From Escherichia coli (GTDB lineage: Bacteria; Pseudomonadota; Gammaproteobacteria; Enterobacterales; Enterobacteriaceae): DNA of 64,000 nucleotides. The notes beneath the pieces are model-generated. The model was not told where the DNA came from. It did no database searches and was given only the letters and a program-made list of their open reading frames with translations. The DNA lies in NCBI RefSeq assembly GCF_013122565.1, contig NZ_CP053258.1, one strand, 5' to 3'. A program made the translations under genes and the position numbers. This document shows positions 56,274 to 64,000 of the stretch, one piece after another; position 1 is the first letter of the stretch, and each line of letters opens with the position of its first letter.

Positions 56274-58700
56274 TTATATTTTTTCGATCTCGACCAGATT
56301 CGTGTGCTGCGGGTTTCCCTTCGCCAGTGGTGAAGGGCGCAGAGTGGTTAGCGTATTCACACAGCCTCCATGGTCGATTTTATCGCCAGACATATTGGCC
56401 TCATGCCAGGCTCCCTGGCCCATAGCGCTAACCCCAGGGAGAATGCGTGGTGTCACTTTGGCTGGTAGCCGAACTTCGCCACGATGGTTAAACACCCGCA
56501 CCATATCGCCGTTGGCAATCCCACGTTTCTGTGCATCTATAGGGTTGATCCACACCTCCTGACGGCAGGCAGCCTTCAGGACATCAATGTTGCCGTAGGT
56601 CGAGTGAGTACGGGATTTGTAATGGAAACCAAACAGTTGCAGTGGGAAGGTACTACGTTCAGGGGAGTCCCAGCCTTCAAAGGTTGAGGCATAAACCGGC
56701 AGTGGGCTTATCACTTCATCTTTTTCCAGTTCCCAGGTACGGGCAATTTCCGCCAGCTTGCTGGAATAAATTTCAATCTTACCGGAAGGCGTTTTAAGTG
56801 GATTTGCCTCGGGGTCGTCACGAAATGCTTTGTAGGCGACAAAATGACCATTGGGATCTTTACGCTTATAGATACCCATTTTTTTCAGTTCGTCGTAAGA
56901 CGGTAACGCCGGATCTTTGGCAAGCATTTTGGCGTACAGATGTTGTAACCATTGTTCCTGCGTGCGACCTTCTGTGAACTTTTGATAGACGTCAGGTCCA
57001 AGACGTTTCGCGACTTCACTCAGGATCCAGTAAATCGGTTTACGTTCGAATTTTTCGCTGGTGACTGGCTGGAGGAAAATGAGATATCCCATGTTACCGG
57101 CGTAGTCGTTAGGAATAATATCTTCCTGCTCAACGGTCATCAGGTCTGGCAGCAGAATGTCGGCATATTTTGCCGATGAGGTCATAAAGTTTTCGATGAC
57201 CACAATCATTTCGCATTTCGATTCGTCTTGCAGAATTTCATGCGTTTTGTTGATGTCAGAATGCTGATTAACGAGGGTATTTCCCGCGTAGTTCCAGATA
57301 AACTTAATGGGCACATCCAGTTTATCTTTGCCCCGGACACCGTCGCGGAGTGCCGTCATTTGCGGGCCATGATCGATAGCATCCGTCCAGCTGAAGCAGG
57401 AGATTGACGTTTTGACCGGATTATCCAGCACCGGTAGGCGTTCTATCGTAATGGTATAGGTCGATTCACGCGCGCCACTATTTCCGCCGCTGATGCCGAC
57501 ATTGCCCGTCAAAATAGGCAACATAGCAATAGCGCGTGCGGTCAGCTCACCGTTTGCCTGGCGTTGCGGCCCCCAGCCCTGGCAGATATAAGCGGGTTTT
57601 GCTGTGCCAATTTCACGAGCCAGCTTGATGATACGGTCCACCGGGATACCGGTAATTTGCGAAGCCCACTGCGGCGTTTTCGCTGTTTTATCATCACCTT
57701 CACCAAGAATATAGGCTTTATAGTGACCATTTTTTGGTGCATCTGCGGGTAAGGTTTTTTCGTCATAACCGATGCAGTATTTATCGAGAAAAGGTTGATT
57801 AACGAGATTTTCGTTAATCAATACCCAGGCAATACCCGCCACCAGCGCGGCATCGGTGCCCGGGCGAATAGGGAGCCATTCGTCTTCACGACCGGCAGCC
57901 GTATCGGTATATCGCGGATCGATAACAATCATTTTTGCGTTCGATTTTTCGCGCGCTTTTTCAAGAAGATAAGTGATGCCACCGCCGCTCATACGTGTTT
58001 CTGCCGGGTTGTTACCAAACATCACGACCAGCTTGCTGTTTTCGATATCCGTGGTGCTGTTGCCATCATTACTGCCGTAGGTGTAGGGCATGGCACAGGA
58101 AATTTGCGCAGTGCTGTAGGAGCCATACTGGTTGAGTGAACCGCCGTAGCAGTTCATCAGACGTTTGACCGCCGAGGCGGATGGCGATGAGCGGGTCATA
58201 TTGCCGCCAACGATCCCCGAAGAGTACTGAATATATACAGCCTCATTGCCATATTGTTCGACGGTTTTTTTCAGGCTACTGGCGATAGTATCCAGGGCTT
58301 CACCCCAGCTAATCCGTTCGAATTTGCCTTCGCCGCGTTTGCCCACGCGTTTCATTGGATAATTCAAGCGATCGGGATGATTAATACGCCGACGGATGGA
58401 GCGACCGCGCAAACAGGCGCGTACTTGATGATTGCCATACTCATCGCTGCCGGTGTTGTCAGTTTCCACCCAGGTCACTTCATTATCTTTAACATGTAGA
58501 CGAAGTGCACAGCGGCTACCACAGTTGACGGAACAGGCACCCCAGACCACTTTTTCGCTGGCCTGTTGTACCGCTGCCGCTGCACTGCGCAGGGTGAACG
58601 GTAAAGAAAAACCGCCTGCAGCCAGCGCCAGAGAACCTATCGCGGTAGATTTAACGAGTGTTCTGCGGCTGATGCCCACCATTTGTTCATTTTTGGACAT
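56274..58700 (-). CDS. ynfE: DmsA-type molybdopterin oxidoreductase catalytic subunit (selenate reductase) with Tat signal
   Basis: 808-aa ORF; twin-arginine motif SRRTLVK; paralogue of ynfF. Confidence 0.92.
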   Translation of the reverse strand: MSKNEQMVGISRRTLVKSTAIGSLALAAGGFSLPFTLRSAAAAVQQASEKVVWGACSVNCGSRCALRLHVKDNEVTWVETDNTGSDEYGNHQVRACLRGRSIRRRINHPDRLNYPMKRVGKRGEGKFERISWGEALDTIASSLKKTVEQYGNEAVYIQYSSGIVGGNMTRSSPSASAVKRLMNCYGGSLNQYGSYSTAQISCAMPYTYGSNDGNSTTDIENSKLVVMFGNNPAETRMSGGGITYLLEKAREKSNAKMIVIDPRYTDTAAGREDEWLPIRPGTDAALVAGIAWVLINENLVNQPFLDKYCIGYDEKTLPADAPKNGHYKAYILGEGDDKTAKTPQWASQITGIPVDRIIKLAREIGTAKPAYICQGWGPQRQANGELTARAIAMLPILTGNVGISGGNSGARESTYTITIERLPVLDNPVKTSISCFSWTDAIDHGPQMTALRDGVRGKDKLDVPIKFIWNYAGNTLVNQHSDINKTHEILQDESKCEMIVVIENFMTSSAKYADILLPDLMTVEQEDIIPNDYAGNMGYLIFLQPVTSEKFERKPIYWILSEVAKRLGPDVYQKFTEGRTQEQWLQHLYAKMLAKDPALPSYDELKKMGIYKRKDPNGHFVAYKAFRDDPEANPLKTPSGKIEIYSSKLAEIARTWELEKDEVISPLPVYASTFEGWDSPERSTFPLQLFGFHYKSRTHSTYGNIDVLKAACRQEVWINPIDAQKRGIANGDMVRVFNHRGEVRLPAKVTPRILPGVSAMGQGAWHEANMSGDKIDHGGCVNTLTTLRPSPLAKGNPQHTNLVEIEKI

Positions 58701-58799
58701 AACTCACTCCCTGTTCTTTATCGTTATATAAAAGTTTATATATTGAATATTTAGCGCGCTAATAATAGAGGGAGTCTACCCATTTTGGGTTAAGAGTTA

Positions 58800-58813
58800 T
58801 TAATCCATATCAA
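58800..58813. promoter_or_regulatory. FNR-like site upstream of ynfE
   Basis: TTAAT-ccat-ATCAA against consensus TTGAT-N4-ATCAA, about 100 bp upstream of the ynfE ATG. Confidence 0.4.
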
Positions 58814-58898
58814 TAGAAGGGTATGAGTAATAAGGTGGGATTATGTTGTATGTTCAAATCGCCGGATGTGTCGTATCCGGCGTTCAGTCGATAATGTA

Positions 58899-59204
58899 TT
58901 ACTGTGGTTCGGCAGGCGCGCCATCCTGGGTAGACTGCGCGGGAGCAGAGACGTTACCGCTGGTGGTGCGGGTGTAGAGAATTTTATGCGTATCATTAGC
59001 GCAATGCCCGACGACCTGGGAATCAGGCTGATCAACCTGGTCATTGGGTACAATACTTAACGTGAAGCTGCTTTCGGGTACGCCATTATTGATAATGCGC
59101 TGTGATATATCGCTCTGTATGCGCTCACAGGATCCCGGCGCGGCGAGTACCGCGGGTGAGGCGAGGGCGAGCAGAAGCGTGGCACAGCAGGTTGAGAGTT
59201 TCAT
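58899..59204 (-). CDS. ynfD: DUF1161-family secreted protein
   Basis: 101-aa product with signal peptide (MKLSTCCATLLLALASPAVLA). Confidence 0.8.
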   Translation of the reverse strand: MKLSTCCATLLLALASPAVLAAPGSCERIQSDISQRIINNGVPESSFTLSIVPNDQVDQPDSQVVGHCANDTHKILYTRTTSGNVSAPAQSTQDGAPAEPQ

Positions 59205-59311
59205 CATAAGCTCCTTACGCGAAGATAACTTCTTTAAGCATAGCATTTAACGTGTAAAGTACTGTATTTGCTACTATGATTGAGAATCATCTCTACTCTC
59301 TGGTGACTGAT

Positions 59312-60022
59312 GTGAAATACAAATTACTGCCATGCTTACTCGCGATATTCCTCACAGGATGTGACCGCACAGAGGTAACACTTTCATTTACCCCTGAGAT
59401 GGCCAGTTTCTCTAATGAATTCGATTTTGATCCGCTGCGTGGTCCGGTAAAAGATTTCACTCAGACATTAATGGATGAGCAAGGTGAAGTGACGAAACGT
59501 GTTTCTGGGACTTTGTCGGAAGAAGGCTGTTTTGATTCACTCGAATTACTGGATCTGGAAAATAATACCGTGGTCGCTCTGGTACTGGACGCCAATTATT
59601 ACCGTGATGCCGAGACGCTGGAGAAGAGAGTACGTTTACAGGGAAAATGCCAGCTAGCAGAATTACCTTCTGCCGGGGTGAGTTGGGAAACCGATGATAA
59701 TGGCTTCGTGATTAAAGCCAGCAGCAAACAGATGCAGATGGAATATCGCTATGATGATCAGGGGTATCCGCTGGGTAAAACCACGAAAAGTAACGACAAA
59801 ACATTATCTGTCAGCGCCACGCCATCAACGGACCCGATCAAAAAATTAGATTATACAGCGGTTACTTTACTGAATAATCAACGGGTTGGTAATGTAAAAC
59901 AGAGCTGTGAATATGACAGTCACGCCAATCCGGTGGACTGTCAGCTAATCATTGTTGATGAAGGAGTAAAACCCGCCGTCGAACGGGTTTACACCATCAA
60001 AAATACTATCGATTATTATTAA
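59312..60022 (+). CDS. ynfC: UPF0257-family lipoprotein
   Basis: 236-aa product from GTG 59312 (MKYKLLPCLLAIFLTGC...) with lipobox LTGC. Confidence 0.82.
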   Translation: MKYKLLPCLLAIFLTGCDRTEVTLSFTPEMASFSNEFDFDPLRGPVKDFTQTLMDEQGEVTKRVSGTLSEEGCFDSLELLDLENNTVVALVLDANYYRDAETLEKRVRLQGKCQLAELPSAGVSWETDDNGFVIKASSKQMQMEYRYDDQGYPLGKTTKSNDKTLSVSATPSTDPIKKLDYTAVTLLNNQRVGNVKQSCEYDSHANPVDCQLIIVDEGVKPAVERVYTIKNTIDYY

Positions 60023-60024
60023 TA

Positions 60025-60585
60025 CTATTGTGCGGTCGGCTTCAGGAGAGTCTGACCCGGTGTTTTGTGCTCTGCCAGATACTGATGCTGGAATATACAC
60101 ATGCGAATGGCATTACGATATTGACCATTAATAAAGAACTCGTGCATCAATTCACCTTCAACCGTAAAGCCAAGCTTGCGGTAAATGTGAATCGCTTTTT
60201 CATTCTCTTTATCGACGATCAGATACAGCTTATAGAGATTGAGAACGGTGAAGCCATAGTCCATTGCTAATTTGGCGGCACGGGTTGCCAGACCTTTCCC
60301 CTGATACTCCGGGGAGATAATTATCTGAAATTCTGCCCGGCGATGAACATGGTTAATTTCCACCAGCTCCACCAGACCGGCTTTTTCGCCGTCACATTCC
60401 ACCACAAAGCGCCGTTCGCTCTGATCGTGAATATGCTTATCATACAGATCAGAGAGTTCAACAAAGGCTTCGTAGGGTTCCTCAAACCAGTAACGCATCA
60501 CACTGGCGTTATTGTCGAGTTGATGTACATAGCGTAAATCTTCACGCTCCAGCGGGCGTAGCTTAACACTGTGGGCGCTTGGCAT
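60025..60585 (-). CDS. speG: spermidine N1-acetyltransferase
   Basis: 186-aa ORF recognised as SpeG (GNAT fold). Confidence 0.93.
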   Translation of the reverse strand: MPSAHSVKLRPLEREDLRYVHQLDNNASVMRYWFEEPYEAFVELSDLYDKHIHDQSERRFVVECDGEKAGLVELVEINHVHRRAEFQIIISPEYQGKGLATRAAKLAMDYGFTVLNLYKLYLIVDKENEKAIHIYRKLGFTVEGELMHEFFINGQYRNAIRMCIFQHQYLAEHKTPGQTLLKPTAQ

Positions 60586-60619
60586 AACGTGTCCTTACAT
60601 TCCTTAAATCAATAACAGG

Positions 60620-60961
60620 TTAGGGGGTAATAACGCGGCCAGTTCGACGGTCCAGGCAGCGCAAAGTATTTGGCTCCCAGTAGGCATTGATGTTGGCGCT
60701 TTGCTCGCATTTATCGCGGTTATCAAAAGCGGCGTCGGCTTTATCCCACTCTTTTTCAGTGCGTTTATTCACTTTCTGGCGCAGATTGCGCGTGTCATTC
60801 CATTGCTCTTTTTCCATAGCGGCGTGCTGGCGGCTTTGTGCACTGTCGCCAGACTCAATCACCAGTTTGTTAGTTTCGGCATGAACAGTTGTGCTCAATG
60901 CCAGTGCGCAAGGCAGCAGAAAAGCGAGCAGGCCGATTCGTTTGCTGAGAGTGATTTTCAT
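60620..60961 (-). CDS. ynfB: DUF1283-family secreted protein
   Basis: 113-aa ORF with signal peptide. Confidence 0.82.
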
Positions 60962-61095
60962 AATTCATTCCCTGTATGAATGATTAAAGGTGATTCTACA
61001 CCATCCACTGCGAACGCAAAACGTACCAGGAGGGTGTTTATATTGATGATATTATGTCGCCCTATAACTATACATGATGTCAATAAGTGACAAAG

Positions 61096-61422
61096 ATGAT
61101 TAAAACAACGTTATTATTTTTTGCTACTGCGCTGTGTGAAATTATTGGATGCTTTCTGCCCTGGTTGTGGTTAAAACGAAACGCCAGTATCTGGCTGTTG
61201 CTTCCGGCGGGGATTTCACTGGCGCTGTTTGTCTGGTTGTTAACGTTGCATCCTGCGGCGAGTGGGCGTGTTTACGCGGCTTATGGTGGCGTTTATGTCT
61301 GCACGGCGTTGATGTGGCTGCGCGTTGTGGATGGCGTGAAACTAAGTCTTTATGACTGGACGGGGGCGTTGATTGCGCTTTGCGGCATGTTGATTATTGT
61401 TGCGGGCTGGGGGCGCACGTAA
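61096..61422 (+). CDS. ynfA: UPF0060-family inner membrane protein
   Basis: 108-aa product from ATG 61096 ([18 protein letters not shown]...). Confidence 0.85.
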   Translation: MIKTTLLFFATALCEIIGCFLPWLWLKRNASIWLLLPAGISLALFVWLLTLHPAASGRVYAAYGGVYVCTALMWLRVVDGVKLSLYDWTGALIALCGMLIIVAGWGRT

Positions 61423-61627
61423 GGACATAAATCCATTTTATCAATAAGATACGAGGATGTGTCAGCTGACAAAAGGTATTCTATTTCATCTTTTGTCAAC
61501 CATTCACGGCGCAAATATACGCCTTTTTTTGTGATCACTCCGGCTTTTTTCGATCTTCATACTTGTATGGTAGTAGCTCAGTTGCGTAGATTTCATGCAT
61601 CACGACAAGCGATGCAAGGAATCGAAC

Positions 61628-62842
61628 ATGAAGATCGTAAAGGCTGAAGTTTTTGTTACCTGTCCGGGGCGTAATTTCGTCACATTAAAAATCACCACTG
61701 AGGACGGTATTACGGGCCTTGGGGATGCCACCCTCAATGGACGTGAGCTTTCCGTGGCCTCTTATTTGCAGGATCACCTTTGTCCGCAGCTTATTGGTCG
61801 CGATGCGCACCGTATCGAAGATATCTGGCAGTTTTTCTATAAAGGTGCTTACTGGCGTCGCGGTCCGGTTACGATGTCGGCCATTTCAGCGGTTGATATG
61901 GCGCTGTGGGATATTAAAGCCAAAGCTGCCAACATGCCGCTTTACCAGTTACTCGGCGGCGCGTCTCGTGAAGGGGTGATGGTTTATTGCCATACCACCG
62001 GTCACAGTATTGATGAAGCTCTGGATGATTATGCCCGTCATCAGGAGCTGGGATTCAAAGCCATCCGCGTGCAGTGCGGAATCCCTGGTATGAAAACCAC
62101 CTACGGCATGTCGAAAGGTAAAGGTCTGGCTTATGAACCCGCAACCAAAGGACAGTGGCCGGAAGAGCAGCTGTGGTCGACGGAGAAATACCTCGATTTC
62201 ATGCCGAAATTGTTTGACGCGGTACGTAACAAGTTTGGTTTTAATGAACATTTGCTGCATGACATGCACCATCGCTTAACGCCTATTGAAGCGGCGCGCT
62301 TTGGTAAAAGCATTGAAGATTATCGCATGTTCTGGATGGAAGACCCGACGCCTGCGGAAAACCAGGAATGCTTCCGTCTCATTCGCCAACATACCGTCAC
62401 ACCCATCGCAGTGGGTGAAGTCTTCAACAGCATCTGGGACTGCAAACAACTGATTGAAGAGCAACTCATCGATTATATCCGCACCACGCTGACCCATGCA
62501 GGCGGAATTACCGGTATGCGCCGGATTGCCGATTTTGCTTCGTTGTATCAGGTACGTACTGGCTCACACGGTCCTTCCGATTTGTCACCAGTCTGCATGG
62601 CTGCGGCGTTGCACTTTGATCTGTGGGTCCCCAATTTCGGTGTCCAGGAATACATGGGTTATTCCGAACAAATGCTCGAAGTCTTCCCGCACAACTGGAC
62701 TTTCGATAACGGCTATATGCATCCGGGAGACAAACCGGGTCTTGGTATCGAATTCGATGAAAAGCTGGCGGCGAAATATCCCTATGAACCTGCTTATCTA
62801 CCAGTCGCACGTCTGGAAGATGGCACGCTGTGGAACTGGTAA
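61628..62842 (+). CDS. rspA: enolase-superfamily mannonate-dehydratase-like starvation-sensing protein
   Basis: 404-aa product from ATG 61628 ([17 protein letters not shown]...). Confidence 0.92.
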
Positions 62843-62853
62843 GGAGTAAGATT

Positions 62854-63873
62854 ATGAAAAGCATATTAATTGAAAAACCGAATCAACTGGCGATTGTCGA
62901 ACGTGAAATACCCACCCCGTCAGCGGGTGAAGTACGAGTAAAAGTGAAACTTGCCGGAATTTGTGGTTCAGATAGCCATATTTACCGTGGGCATAATCCT
63001 TTTGCGAAATATCCGCGCGTCATTGGTCATGAATTCTTTGGCGTCATTGATGCGGTGGGTGAAGGTGTGGAAAGCGCCAGAGTCGGTGAACGTGTTGCTG
63101 TCGATCCGGTGGTCAGCTGTGGTCATTGCTATCCGTGCTCTATAGGTAAACCGAACGTTTGTACGACACTGGCTGTATTAGGTGTGCACGCTGACGGTGG
63201 TTTCAGTGAATATGCCGTGGTTCCGGCAAAAAATGCGTGGAAAATTCCTGAAGCAGTGGCCGATCAATATGCGGTAATGATCGAACCTTTTACCATTGCG
63301 GCTAACGTAACCGGACATGGTCAACCGACTGAAAATGATACCGTTCTGGTTTATGGTGCCGGTCCAATCGGCCTGACGATCGTTCAGGTATTAAAAGGCG
63401 TCTATAACGTTAAAAATGTGATTGTTGCCGATCGCATTGATGAACGACTGGAAAAAGCGAAAGAGAGCGGGGCAGACTGGGCGATTAATAACAGCCAGAC
63501 ACCGCTTGGCGAGATTTTCGCTGCAAAAGGCATCAAGCCGACATTAATTATCGATGCGGCTTGTCATCCTTCTATCCTGAAAGAGGCCGTAACGCTGGCT
63601 TCTCCAGCGGCACGTATTGTATTGATGGGCTTCTCCAGTGAACCGTCTGAAGTGATTCAGCAAGGAATTACCGGAAAAGAACTCTCTATTTTTTCTTCAC
63701 GCTTAAATGCAAATAAATTCCCGGTCGTTATCGACTGGTTAAGTAAAGGGTTAATTAAACCAGAAAAATTAATTACCCATACGTTTGATTTCCAGCATGT
63801 TGCTGATGCCATTAGTTTATTTGAACAGGATCAAAAACATTGCTGCAAAGTCTTACTCACTTTTTCTGAATAA
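62854..63873 (+). CDS. rspB: zinc-dependent alcohol dehydrogenase family protein
   Basis: 339-aa product from ATG 62854 with GHEFFG zinc motif and GAGPIG Rossmann motif. Confidence 0.92.
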   Translation: MKSILIEKPNQLAIVEREIPTPSAGEVRVKVKLAGICGSDSHIYRGHNPFAKYPRVIGHEFFGVIDAVGEGVESARVGERVAVDPVVSCGHCYPCSIGKPNVCTTLAVLGVHADGGFSEYAVVPAKNAWKIPEAVADQYAVMIEPFTIAANVTGHGQPTENDTVLVYGAGPIGLTIVQVLKGVYNVKNVIVADRIDERLEKAKESGADWAINNSQTPLGEIFAAKGIKPTLIIDAACHPSILKEAVTLASPAARIVLMGFSSEPSEVIQQGITGKELSIFSSRLNANKFPVVIDWLSKGLIKPEKLITHTFDFQHVADAISLFEQDQKHCCKVLLTFSE

Positions 63874-63930
63874 TACCAATAACGGCGAGTAAGTAGTACG
63901 CATCTTACCTCTTTTTTAGAGATAACCATT

Positions 63931-64000
63931 ATGACAATAGAAAAACACGAAAGAAGCACTAAGGATTTGGTGAAAGCAGCAGTATCGGGATGGCTGGGCA
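63931..64000 (+). CDS. ydfJ: 5' end of an MFS transporter gene (ydfJ-like); only 23 codons in window
   Basis: ATG 63931 gives MTIEKHERSTKDLVKAAVSGWLG, running off the window; preceded by an RBS-like gagata. Confidence 0.5.
   Translation, partial: MTIEKHERSTKDLVKAAVSGWLG

Overview
This window is ordinary, well-characterised Escherichia coli core chromosome from the replication-terminus region, and I found no novel or undescribed system in it. It is colinear, in reverse orientation, with the K-12-type segment tyrS(3' part)-pdxY-gst-dtpA-nth-rsxEGDCBA-ydgK-cnu-blr-ydgJ-add-malYX/malI-hdhA-uidRABC-ydgA-manA-fumAC-tus(TerB)-rstBA-ydgC-folM-ydgI-ydgH-pntAB-tqsA-mdtJI-ydgD-ydgU-asr-ynfM-ynfL-mlc-ynfK-clcB-dmsD-ynfHGFE-ynfDC-speG-ynfBA-rspAB-ydfJ(5' end). 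About 60 protein-coding genes are called; gene identities rest on my recognition of the translated ORFs, and no database search was run. I saw no rRNA, tRNA, CRISPR array, insertion sequence, prophage or unexplained multi-gene block. The two observations most worth a second look are that tqsA is split into two frames (apparent frameshift or ~86-bp internal deletion) and that rsxC carries a 96-bp tandem repeat array that appears one unit shorter than the K-12 reference; both comparisons rely on remembered reference lengths. Other points seen directly in the sequence are the exact 23-bp TerB site at the tus promoter, a REP pair (BIME) flanked by near-identical hairpins, an exact RstA-box match upstream of asr, MalI-type operator palindromes, and CRP-like and FNR-like sites.
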